Below are positions 1 to 8,953 of a DNA stretch of 64,000 nt, one piece after another. The notes under the pieces were generated by a model. It saw only the letters and a program-made list of their open reading frames with translations, did not search any database and had not been told where the DNA came from. Made by a program: the position numbers and the translations under genes. The stretch comes from Actinomycetes bacterium. Its GTDB lineage: Bacteria > Actinomycetota > Acidimicrobiia > Acidimicrobiales > JABEUL01. Where the stretch lies: contig JAJYVQ010000001.1 in the NCBI GenBank assembly GCA_021791915.1, positions 9,875-73,874 on the forward strand. Reading direction: 5' to 3'. Within the stretch, counting starts at the first letter, position 1. Each line of letters starts with the position of its first letter.

Positions 1-382
1 CCAGATCCCCCACCTTAAACGCTCGTTCGATAAGCCCTTGGTTTAAATTCACAGCCTGAATTTTGTTTACAGGAACTTCCCGTACTGCTCTCTTTAAAAA
101 CCCATCGGATTCTACAATCCTTCTATTAGTCACAGTTAATATGTAAGTTCTCCATCTCAAGTATTTAGATACTAACCACATAAGTGCAAATATAGCCAGA
201 ACTAAAAAGATATACCCGACGAATCGCGGGGTACTTGACGGTAAAAACCAAATGATTGTAACCAAAACGGCAATAAAAATAACAAAAATGATAATAGATG
301 ATACTACTTTGCCAAAAAACTTTCGTACTTCTGCAAGGATTTCTTCTCCATCGCTTAAATGTTTTTGTGAAAGACCCGACAT
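1..382 (-). CDS. bacterial PH-domain (bPH_2 / YdbT-like) membrane protein, N-terminal part; gene continues past the left edge
   Basis: Hand translation from ATG (complement of 380..382): MSGLSQKHLSDGEEILAEVRKFFGKVV, two hydrophobic helices, then YILTVTNRRIVESDGFLKRAVREVPVNKIQAVNLNQGLIERAFKVGDL. This matches the pattern of bPH_2 membrane proteins. It is absent from the ORF track because it is truncated. Confidence 0.5.
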   Translation of the reverse strand, partial: MSGLSQKHLSDGEEILAEVRKFFGKVVSSIIIFVIFIAVLVTIIWFLPSSTPRFVGYIFLVLAIFALMWLVSKYLRWRTYILTVTNRRIVESDGFLKRAVREVPVNKIQAVNLNQGLIERAFKVGDL

Positions 383-438
383 TTGAATTATCTTAGCTTA
401 AAAAGCATAAAGGAATGTGTCTTTCAATATATTTTCAA

Positions 439-1551
439 TCAGTACATAAGCTTTGAGGCAACTGATTCTGCATTTTTTAAAGCAGAACCATCTGCGCCCT
501 GAGTCGAATAATGTTGCTGGTGATTTATTCGACTTTCAGCAATCATATCTTCAAGTAACTCAATAAACTCTACTTTAGGATCTACAAACATGTATCTTGA
601 AAGCGATCCCGGAATAGTGTTCACTTCGTTTATGTAGACTTCGGTCTCATTTACCATAAAGTCGAATCGCGAAATTCCCCTAACAGCTAATACTTTAGAA
701 GCCAAAACTGCAGCATTTCTAATTTTGTCTGCTATCTTTTGATCTAAGTTTGCAGGTAATTCACGGGAAGCACCTTCCATCCCCTGACCGGGAAGATATT
801 TATCTTTGTAGCTCAAAATTTCATTGGTCATATTCCGTTTCAGAGGTCGTTCTATCGCCGACAGCATCAATGTAGGATAGCTTTTAACTGCTATCTGAAT
901 GTCATATAAGTCATCCCTATAAGGTTCTATAACGGCGCCGGCTTTTAAATGTATATTTGATGAGAGTCGGGACTTTGCGGTAGCTAAGTCAGCTACAACA
1001 TCAATACCAATAGAAGATCCACCAAATCTTGGTTTGACTATATAGGGACCACCAAAAGGTAAACTATCGACGCTATCGTCCAAAAAATATCTTTCTAAAG
1101 TTTCAATACCAGTAGACTTCATTAGCAATCCGAACGAAAGTTTATCCATTCCCAAAAGAGCATAGCTCAGGTTTGGACCAGTGTAATTTAAAGAACAGAT
1201 ATCTAGTGCTCCTTGCAAAGCTCCCGATTCACCGGGACCTCCGTGGCAACAGTTAACTAAGGAATCAAATTCCAGCTTTTTCTCTTTTTTTGACAACCTT
1301 GAAGAAACATCATAAAAACCGCCTGATTCTGTTACTCTAAAACTTAATGGTATACCTTTTTTAGATAAATCTTCAAGAAAATCAGCTGGTTCCAGATCAT
1401 TTGGAATCAAAAGATAATTTCCAGATTTGGTCCAATAGATTGAGACTACTTCATATTTAGAGATTAAGGTCCTTAAAACCTGCAGACCAGTCAAAATACT
1501 AATATCGTGTTCTGGCGATGGACCGCCAAATATTACAGCTATTTTCAACAA
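439..1551 (-). CDS. ddl: D-alanine--D-alanine ligase
   Basis: 370 aa. N-terminus KIAVIFGGPSPEHDISILTG and the ATP-grasp C-terminal block RFDFMV..YINEVNTIPGS follow the Ddl pattern. Confidence 0.9.
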   Translation of the reverse strand: MLKIAVIFGGPSPEHDISILTGLQVLRTLISKYEVVSIYWTKSGNYLLIPNDLEPADFLEDLSKKGIPLSFRVTESGGFYDVSSRLSKKEKKLEFDSLVNCCHGGPGESGALQGALDICSLNYTGPNLSYALLGMDKLSFGLLMKSTGIETLERYFLDDSVDSLPFGGPYIVKPRFGGSSIGIDVVADLATAKSRLSSNIHLKAGAVIEPYRDDLYDIQIAVKSYPTLMLSAIERPLKRNMTNEILSYKDKYLPGQGMEGASRELPANLDQKIADKIRNAAVLASKVLAVRGISRFDFMVNETEVYINEVNTIPGSLSRYMFVDPKVEFIELLEDMIAESRINHQQHYSTQGADGSALKNAESVASKLMY

Positions 1552-1930
1552 CTATTACCTCGTTCAAATATTTGGGGTTTGAGACTTACTGTGACTATTC
1601 ATACTGAACAATTTTAACAAAATGTGACTACTTTACAGTTACTTATACTCGTATTCCGCAAATCTAAAACCCTAACTTAAATCTAAGTCATCTGTTGGTT
1701 AGCCATATCGCTACCTTTGCTAAATTACTTCTTTACTAACAATCTTCTCTTACATCTTTTAGGTTAAAGAGTCTAGAAACAGTCAGATCACATCATTTCA
1801 ACCGATGATTATTGCAAATTAAATATTCTGGCTATAGTTTTATAAGTAGTAGGCCACACGATATTAACTCGTTTAGGCAGTTGGTCGCTTCTCAATAACC
1901 TTGACTTACAAACAAACCCAGTTCAAGTAA

Positions 1931-2525
1931 TTTGCCTACTACATCAATTTTTTAGTAAGTCTATAGATAACCCCGTGAGTTATTTTAGCCTCTTTTAACA
2001 TAAGTCAACTGACGCTAATTCATTGGGTAGTGGGTCAATTTGACCCTACACATTCTAAAACAGACAAATCTGTTTAATCCTGTAAGGCCCTACCAACCTC
2101 TAAAATATTTTAGGTTCAATTTACACTTTAGTTAAATCAGAGGGTATTTTGGTTATAAGCGTACCTAATTTTTCACATTGGTATGCAAGACTTAAAGTTG
2201 GACTTGGCTTATTTGACTATGATAGGCGGGGAATTTTTGACTATGGACATCTCAGGTTCTTTACAATGATTAGTTTGAGCAGAATGTTAGATTCAACTGG
2301 TTTCGAGATTGTTCAACTAAAAAGAACTACGATTCCAACGTCAGTTTTCAAAAGGGGGGAAAATATAATGGTAACCCAAGTATAGGTGACACCGTTCTAG
2401 ATGGTCTAGATACTATCCAAAACCTAGCAGTTAAAACGTATCCTAACTTATTTGCATACCAATTAATTCAGGTAGCTAAAAAACGAGAAATAGACAACGA
2501 CCTATCAACCGTCTACAGTCTTTAA
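1931..2525 (+). pseudogene. decayed, frameshifted remnant of a paralog of the GT2-methyltransferase gene at 12528..14048 (methyltransferase/C-terminal part only)
   Basis: Core in frame 1 (2104..2385): NILGSIYTLVKSEGILVISVPNFSHWYARLKVGLGLFDYDRRGIFDYGHLRFFT versus the intact VLNDLKNLLTQDGMIIISLPNISHWYARLKIGLGLFDYDRRGIFDVGHLRFFT. After the stop at 2383, homology continues in another frame (2385..2525): PNLFAYQLIQVAKK versus PSLFAYQMIFVVKP. A weaker upstream trace lies in a third frame (1931..1996): IFLVSSIDNPVSYF versus AFYKCDLDNPITDTF. No GT2 domain and no intact start are present. Confidence 0.7.
2014..2110. repeat. copy A of a ~95 bp dispersed element containing the palindrome GGGTCAA-T-TTGACCC (2032..2046)
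   Basis: Aligns by eye with 59645..59735. Shared string: GTAGTGGGTCAAnTTGACCCTAnCATTCTAAAnCAGACAAATC ... CCnTACCAACCTC. Confidence 0.75.
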
Positions 2526-2553
2526 CCTGCTTAATTCACATTTTCTAAAAAAG

Positions 2554-4113
2554 TTACGGATAATGATCGGGCAAGTCATTTTCAAACAGTACAACATCTG
2601 AAGGTTTGCTATTTTGTTTAAGCCAAGACTGTACAGCTTTAAGATCTTTAAACCATATGCATCTCAAATTGTCAACCATGAGTGCCAATTTATTTGTATT
2701 TTTCACAACCAGTAAAGTTCCGCCTGCTTTTAATACCTCTTCAGCAAAATCATTGTTAGCGTCATGTTGCATAGGTCCCATCTCAACCATTCCAGGCGTA
2801 ACGACATACAAGTTGCTATCTTTACTACGATAACTAACGGCTTTTTTAAGGGCAAAGCTCGCACCGCTAGGATTTGAGTTGAACGTATCATCAATGATTA
2901 TTACTCCTCTGTCATTTGTCATGGGAATAGCTCGATGTTCTACTTGAGGCAATGCAGCAAGTCCTCTAACTATCTGTTCTGTGCTTAAGTCAAAATAAAG
3001 AACAATTCCGATTGCAACAGATAAGTCTATAAGCGGCACTTCTAGATTTTTATTGTCAAAAGTACCGACACTATTTCCTTTGATAAAGAGTTCAAATGTA
3101 TCTTCAGATCTGGAACATACTACAACATCGCAACTATTTATCTGGCTGGCTGATTTTGAACACTTGCAAACTCGTTTACCTAATTTACTCAGTTCATTTG
3201 AAAAAGCTGCAATCAGTGGATCATCAAAGTTGATCACTGCATATTCAGCTGTTTCAAATATTTCTGACTTAGCTTTTAGTATATTTTCCAAAGATTTCAT
3301 TCTCTCTAAATGAACTGGACCAACTGCAATCAAAGCCGCAACTTGTGGTTTCATCCATGAAACCATCTCCTTAATCTCGCCTTTACCATATGTACCCATT
3401 TCCGCAACCAATATCTGTGTATATTGAGTTAAATATTCAAGTACAGTTCTGGTTAACCCATTTCTACTGTTAAAACTCTTAGGAGAACATAAAACCTCAA
3501 AGGAATTTTGCAATAAGTGACCAACCAACACCTTAGTTGTAGTTTTGCCATATGATCCAGTTATTCCGACTACAACTGGATCTATTTCTGAAAGTTTTTT
3601 TCTAGCTAGCCTTTCATATTTATTGCTTACTAAACCTTCCAGTGGTCTGTTAATAATAAGGACGACATCTAAAAATAACGGAAGGAAGACACCCGACAGC
3701 AACAGGTAAATTCCTAAATATTTTAAACCAATAAATAGATAACTTATAAGATCCAAAATTATATAGATTATTAAAAGCGTAGCCAATACAGTTTTAAGTC
3801 TTCGCGTATAAACCAATTTAGAAGTCTTACCTTTATAAGTAAGTTTTAGCGGACTAAAAATCAAAATTACAACGGTGACTAATGACAACTGCCAGTAAAA
3901 CACCGAGACAAATCCGGAGAAAAAGACCAATGCCAATAACAAAAACGAAAAGTTATACTTGTACCATCTCAAGGCAAATCTAGTAACACTTTTTGGGATA
4001 TAGTGTTCACGCTGTGCAATTCTTAAGTATTTAATTGAAGTTAACAGTATTATCGCAGCTTCAACTACAAACAATGCCCTTATCATCAGAACCCGACTAG
4101 CCACTTTCTGCAA
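2554..4113 (-). CDS. Mur ligase family protein, MurF-like catalytic core behind a 4-5 helix N-terminal membrane domain
   Basis: 519 aa. Residues 1-160 are strongly hydrophobic helices. They are followed by the P-loop VVGITGSYGKTTTK, then AEMGTYGKGEI and IIDDTFNSNPSG (the MurF-like DDxYNANP block). Confidence 0.7.
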   Translation of the reverse strand: MQKVASRVLMIRALFVVEAAIILLTSIKYLRIAQREHYIPKSVTRFALRWYKYNFSFLLLALVFFSGFVSVFYWQLSLVTVVILIFSPLKLTYKGKTSKLVYTRRLKTVLATLLIIYIILDLISYLFIGLKYLGIYLLLSGVFLPLFLDVVLIINRPLEGLVSNKYERLARKKLSEIDPVVVGITGSYGKTTTKVLVGHLLQNSFEVLCSPKSFNSRNGLTRTVLEYLTQYTQILVAEMGTYGKGEIKEMVSWMKPQVAALIAVGPVHLERMKSLENILKAKSEIFETAEYAVINFDDPLIAAFSNELSKLGKRVCKCSKSASQINSCDVVVCSRSEDTFELFIKGNSVGTFDNKNLEVPLIDLSVAIGIVLYFDLSTEQIVRGLAALPQVEHRAIPMTNDRGVIIIDDTFNSNPSGASFALKKAVSYRSKDSNLYVVTPGMVEMGPMQHDANNDFAEEVLKAGGTLLVVKNTNKLALMVDNLRCIWFKDLKAVQSWLKQNSKPSDVVLFENDLPDHYP

Positions 4114-4903
4114 CTAAACTGGCTAACATGTCAGCAAACAACTCAGGTTTCTCTAAGGGCAACATATGAGAGGCTTCTGCAACAACTTTTAGCGTAATGT
4201 CTGCATGTTCTATCGTTTCGAGCGATTTTTTGGCCACTTCAACAGGTATTTCAGTGTCACTATCGCCCCAAACCAATTTAACTGTACATTGAGATCTACT
4301 AAGTTCGTCCAAATAGACACCCTCATTAGTTTCTGCAATAACTTTAACTAGAGTATTTCTAAGCTCACGGGTAGCATTTCTATAATCTAACGACCCATAC
4401 TTTAGTCTTAATTTTTCTACTTTTGTTTCTGGCATAAGGTTTAATCTATTTAATGTCTTATATGTTTTTAACAACTTATTCTGTTTAGTCTTTTTAGAGT
4501 TTGGGTTAGATATTAGTGGTACTCCCGTTAATACTAGTGCCATAACTTGATTAGGAAAAATATTTGCCAAACGTATGGCTACCCTACCTCCAAACGAGTG
4601 ACCTAGAATTATGAAATTGTCAAATTCCGACTGAATAACTGAAGATAGTTTTTTGGCATACTCCAACGAACCGGCGACAAACAAGTCATTTTCATTTGCA
4701 TTTTTGCTAAAACTGTAGTCGCTTACCCCAAACCCCGGCAGGTCAATTGCTACAGAACTAATTGAATAATTTGACTCCAATAGAGCCCCTATTTTAGAAA
4801 AGTCATTAGATGACCTTTGCCACCCGTGCAACATAAGAACTTTAGGTGTTTTGGTACCGAAACTCTGACCGTATAAATTAGATGGTAAAAAAGTCTTTAA
4901 CAT
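4097..4903 (-). CDS. alpha/beta hydrolase
   Basis: 268 aa. Contains LMLHGW, the nucleophile elbow GHSFGG and a late SHM histidine. Its 3-prime end overlaps the Mur-ligase start by 17 nt, so the two are likely co-transcribed. Confidence 0.7.
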   Translation of the reverse strand: MLKTFLPSNLYGQSFGTKTPKVLMLHGWQRSSNDFSKIGALLESNYSISSVAIDLPGFGVSDYSFSKNANENDLFVAGSLEYAKKLSSVIQSEFDNFIILGHSFGGRVAIRLANIFPNQVMALVLTGVPLISNPNSKKTKQNKLLKTYKTLNRLNLMPETKVEKLRLKYGSLDYRNATRELRNTLVKVIAETNEGVYLDELSRSQCTVKLVWGDSDTEIPVEVAKKSLETIEHADITLKVVAEASHMLPLEKPELFADMLASLVAESG

Positions 4904-5109
4904 AAAAGCTAACTTTTGTCAATAACTAAACACTTATAACAATGCCTGAATAAAAGCCCTCTGAAAAATATAAAACCAGCGATAAACAATTTTCAGTACA
5001 CATACATCGAGCTAAAACTAGGTATTATTTGAACAGACAATCTAAATCAAGTAGTAACTTAATTAAATAAGCCTGCGTAACAAACATCATGTTCAGTAAT
5101 TTTTACCAA

Positions 5110-7746
5110 CTATCTGAGTCTTGCATCCAACGAAACACTTACCTCTTGGATTATCTTATTCCTTAAATTGGAAATTTCTTCTTCGGACAATGTTGAACTT
5201 GGATTGCTGGCTCTAATTTTGAAAGCGAGGGATTTTTCATTGCTAGCCAGAGGGACTCCTCTGTAAACATCAAATAACCAAACATATGAGATGTAACCCT
5301 CCAATACAGATTCTATTTCATCTTTCAGAGTTAGTGCATTTACACTACTGTCAACTATAAACGCTAAATCAAATTCTGTGTCTGGATACTTGGAATTGCT
5401 GACTCTGATTATCTTTCTATCGGCGTTTAACAGTTCAAGTAAATCCAGCTCAAAATAGCCACATGCTTCCGTTGAAATGCCAAATACGTCATCATATTTG
5501 TTAGACAATTGACCGAACAGTCCCAGAGGTTTGCCACTTGACAAAATATATGCCGCTGTTCCTGATTTAAAAGTTTTAGAGGTGTTGAGAAGTTCTTCTG
5601 ACGTAAATCTGCTCAAACTGAAAGGCATCCAAGTATGATTTTGCAACTCAGGTTCAAAATCATAAGTACTGTCAAACTCTGTCTGTGAATCAGGATTATA
5701 TTCCCAACTGTTAACAATTTCAACGTCTTTTAGTTTCAGCATATTTACAATGCCATATATCGCTTCTACAACATTTTCTAAACTGTTCTGGTTTTTGTAG
5801 GAAATTGCACCAAGTTTGACAAGTTCAACTGGAGGAGTTTCTTCCTTGTAGTCTTTAAATACGTGTCCTACTTCAAATAAGTTGATATTTGTGAATTTAC
5901 GTTTATCATTATGTTCAGCAACTTTGGCCAAACCAGGTGCTAAAGACATCCGCAATACTGCTTCTTCTTTAGCCAACGGTCTAGAAAGTCTAATTTCTTT
6001 ACCGAAAATATTGACTTTTTCCTGAATGCCAATTGGCAAAAAAGTCGGTGTCCAACATTCATAAAAATTCTGAGAGACCATAAAATATTTAATTTGCTTA
6101 ATCAGTTTGTTTAGATCAAAATTGTATCCAATTTCTGGTGGTCGCACAAATACTTTAGGAATTGTCTCATATCCATAAACTCTTGCGATCTCTTCTATGA
6201 TGTCAATTTCTCTCTCCGAATCGGGCCTGAAACTGGGTATCTCAACGTCTAAAATATCCGCTGACACATTATCGATATCGACTCTTTCTGTACTATTGGT
6301 TTCAGATACATCTAATTTCACCTTAAAACCCAGAGGTTCAATTAGATCTTTGACTTCCTTGCAAGTTAGCTCAATCCCTAAAATTTCTTTTATTCTTTTA
6401 GGTCTTAACATTACTTTTACCTTTTCAAATGCGGTCGACCTTAATATACCTGACGACTTCACGCATATGTCACTTGAAGAGTTCTTCTCCAACAGTCGAA
6501 CGTACCGAACGATTGAAGCGTCAATACCCAAAGGATCAACTCCGCGCTCAAAACGTTTAGATGCCTCAGAGGATAGACCAAGCCTTTTGGATGTTCTGGC
6601 TATTGCAATTGGATTGAAGTTAGCGACTTCAAGTACAATATTTTCAGTTTTATCATCAATCTCTGTGGAAGATCCACCCATTATTCCAGCAATACCTATA
6701 GCGTTTCTACCATCAGAGATAACTAAATCCCCAGTGTCACTACTTATTCCCGGCACCTGCTTGCCTAAAAGTCTACTTTTTGAGTCTAAAGTTTCGATAG
6801 TTTCACCTTCTGAGGCTATTCTGACTCTAATCATTCTGTCGTTGATAAGGTCCATGTTGTAAGGGTGGCTTGGTTGTCCTCGTTCTAACATAAGATAGTT
6901 TGAAATATCGACCACATTATTTAAGGGCCTCATATTAGAAGCTAATAGCCGTTGTTGAATTAAAAAGTTCGACGGACCGACTTTGACATTTGAAATCTCG
7001 ACCATACCGAACGCCTTGCACATATCAGGATCTTCTATAACAACTGAAATCTCATCAAAATTAGCTTTACTTGAAAGAGTCTCATTTAAGTTTTCCACTG
7101 TAAGTTCACCGTCTAAAGGTAAGTTGTCTTTAAATGGTATTCTATACTTAGCGGCAAGATCTCTTGCTATTCCGATTACAGAAAGCGCATCGGGTCTGTT
7201 GCCTTCTGTTTCGATATTGAATATTATGTCTGGGGTTATATTTAAAACCTCAACTATTGACCTCCCTATATCTTGATCTGTAACGTCAAGTAACATCAGT
7301 CCATTTTGATCAGAAAACAAACCAATCTCTGTTGCTGAACACAACATGCCGCAAGAGACCTGACCTCTCATTTTACGTTCCTTTATTTCCAATCCGTTCG
7401 GCAAAGCTGAACCAATTGGCGCATAAGGAACAAAATCCCCAATATTAAAATTCCAAGCTCCACAAACTACCTCAACAGTTTTTTGTTCGGCAGGTTTTTG
7501 TTCGGCAGGTTTTTGTTCGGCCAATTCAACTGTTGCCAATCGAATCTTGTCAGCATCTTTAATCGGAGCTATATTCAAAACTTTACAGATCAAAATCGAG
7601 TCGATTCCGACTCCATAATAAGAGTATTTTTCAACAACTAGGCCTAAAGAGTTAAAGACTTCAACCAAATCAATAACAGAGTTATTGTCAGTTACCGTGA
7701 TCGGTAAATCGACAAATTCCTTTAGCCAATTTAAAGTAACTATCAC
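5110..7746 (-). CDS. pheT: phenylalanine--tRNA ligase beta subunit
   Basis: 878 aa. N-terminus MIVTLNWLKEFVDL is typical of PheT, and the gene lies immediately downstream of pheS. Confidence 0.93.
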   Translation of the reverse strand: MIVTLNWLKEFVDLPITVTDNNSVIDLVEVFNSLGLVVEKYSYYGVGIDSILICKVLNIAPIKDADKIRLATVELAEQKPAEQKPAEQKTVEVVCGAWNFNIGDFVPYAPIGSALPNGLEIKERKMRGQVSCGMLCSATEIGLFSDQNGLMLLDVTDQDIGRSIVEVLNITPDIIFNIETEGNRPDALSVIGIARDLAAKYRIPFKDNLPLDGELTVENLNETLSSKANFDEISVVIEDPDMCKAFGMVEISNVKVGPSNFLIQQRLLASNMRPLNNVVDISNYLMLERGQPSHPYNMDLINDRMIRVRIASEGETIETLDSKSRLLGKQVPGISSDTGDLVISDGRNAIGIAGIMGGSSTEIDDKTENIVLEVANFNPIAIARTSKRLGLSSEASKRFERGVDPLGIDASIVRYVRLLEKNSSSDICVKSSGILRSTAFEKVKVMLRPKRIKEILGIELTCKEVKDLIEPLGFKVKLDVSETNSTERVDIDNVSADILDVEIPSFRPDSEREIDIIEEIARVYGYETIPKVFVRPPEIGYNFDLNKLIKQIKYFMVSQNFYECWTPTFLPIGIQEKVNIFGKEIRLSRPLAKEEAVLRMSLAPGLAKVAEHNDKRKFTNINLFEVGHVFKDYKEETPPVELVKLGAISYKNQNSLENVVEAIYGIVNMLKLKDVEIVNSWEYNPDSQTEFDSTYDFEPELQNHTWMPFSLSRFTSEELLNTSKTFKSGTAAYILSSGKPLGLFGQLSNKYDDVFGISTEACGYFELDLLELLNADRKIIRVSNSKYPDTEFDLAFIVDSSVNALTLKDEIESVLEGYISYVWLFDVYRGVPLASNEKSLAFKIRASNPSSTLSEEEISNLRNKIIQEVSVSLDARLR
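7478..7522 (-). repeat. in-frame 15 bp x3 tandem repeat inside pheT, encoding AEQKP-AEQKP-AEQKT
   Basis: GTTTTTTGTTCGGCA / GGTTTTTGTTCGGCA / GGTTTTTGTTCGGCC on the plus strand. The protein reads VELAEQKPAEQKPAEQKTVEVVCGAWNF. Confidence 0.9.
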
Positions 7747-7756
7747 GCAAACACCT

Positions 7757-8833
7757 CTAGAACTGTCTTAAAAGTCGCAAATCATTTTCGATGAGATCGC
7801 GCATATCGTTTAAAGAGTACTTCATCTGAACTAGCCTGTCTATTCCAAAACCAAATGCAAATCCACTCCACTCTTCTGGATTAATCCCCACAGCAAAGAA
7901 AACTTCGGGGTCCACCATTCCACAACCGCCCAATTCAATCCAACCAGTCATTGAACAAGTCCTACAGCCCACACCCGAACAGACAGTACATGTAATCTCA
8001 AACTCGGCCGAAGGCTCAGTAAAAGGAAAGTATGCCGGTCTAAGCCTTGCATGAATATTAGGTCCGAAATAGCTGGTCGTAAATTTCTCTATTGTACCAG
8101 CCAAGTGTGCAAACGTAATACCCTTATCAACGACCAAACCTTCAATTTGATGAAATGTTGCCAAGTGTCGTGCATCTGGAGTATCGCGTCGAAAACATCT
8201 CCCTGGCATTACGGTATAAATAGGGGGTGAATAGCACTTCATCACTCTAATCTGAACTGGCGATGTATGAGTTCTCATCAAAACGGTTTCGGGAACCCCG
8301 CTTTCTAAATAAAAAGTATCCCACATTCCACGAGCCGGATGGTCTTTAGGTATATTAAGAGCTTCAAAATTATACCAATCCGTTTCAACTTCTGGACCGT
8401 CTGTCACCGAAAACCCCATCGATATAAATATTTCTTCCAAATCCCACTGAGCCTCGGTTACCGGATGTAACCCCCCTGTTTTAACTTTATATGTATTATC
8501 TAATTTCGCCCAAAATTCGGTCAGGTCATTTCGATCGTAGTTCTGTTCTGCAATTAAATTCAGTTCAGATTGTTTTAATTTGAAAGTTTCTTCAACTTTT
8601 TCAAGTGCATCAGTTAGAACTTTGCCTATCTCTTTTCTAGCTGACACCTCAACATTTTTTAACTGCGATCTTAATTCAATTAACTGAGACTTCTTTCCAA
8701 CTGTCATAACAGTTAAGGAATTTAACTCATTAATCGAAACGCATTTACTTATTGTCTCTAATGAATCATTAAGGGCAACCTCAATTTTTTTAATTAGATC
8801 CATTGGATTAATTGTTTTTTCGCTCTGTTCCAC
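7757..8833 (-). CDS. pheS: phenylalanine--tRNA ligase alpha subunit
   Basis: 358 aa. Class II aaRS blocks are present: HPVT, DTFY, RTHTSPVQIR, FRRD and GFAFGFGIDRL. Confidence 0.93.
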   Translation of the reverse strand: MEQSEKTINPMDLIKKIEVALNDSLETISKCVSINELNSLTVMTVGKKSQLIELRSQLKNVEVSARKEIGKVLTDALEKVEETFKLKQSELNLIAEQNYDRNDLTEFWAKLDNTYKVKTGGLHPVTEAQWDLEEIFISMGFSVTDGPEVETDWYNFEALNIPKDHPARGMWDTFYLESGVPETVLMRTHTSPVQIRVMKCYSPPIYTVMPGRCFRRDTPDARHLATFHQIEGLVVDKGITFAHLAGTIEKFTTSYFGPNIHARLRPAYFPFTEPSAEFEITCTVCSGVGCRTCSMTGWIELGGCGMVDPEVFFAVGINPEEWSGFAFGFGIDRLVQMKYSLNDMRDLIENDLRLLRQF

Positions 8834-8953
8834 AATACTGTTGCCTTCTAAACAAATTTTTCGATAATCTCGAGAGATTTACAACTATTTTAAAAATAGT
8901 TAAATTACAAATCAGACGTAACCAACCAGACAGCTAGTAAATAGCTTAGCTGC

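Noticed and set aside
2149-2385. 78 aa ORF as a functional small gene
   Set aside because: It is only the best-preserved frame of a truncated methyltransferase-domain remnant. It has a TTG start, no catalytic motif I, and homology that continues in other frames on both sides. It is therefore called as part of a pseudogene.
6197-7276. ORFs of 221 aa (6197..6862) and 97 aa (6983..7276) on the plus strand
   Set aside because: They are entirely antisense to pheT, whose identity is secure. Their products are low-complexity Ser/Leu/Ile-rich shadow translations with no motifs.
8834-8953. Possible T-box or other leader upstream of pheS
   Set aside because: The spacer is only 120 bp and AT-rich. It has no recognisable specifier, T-box or terminator stem.
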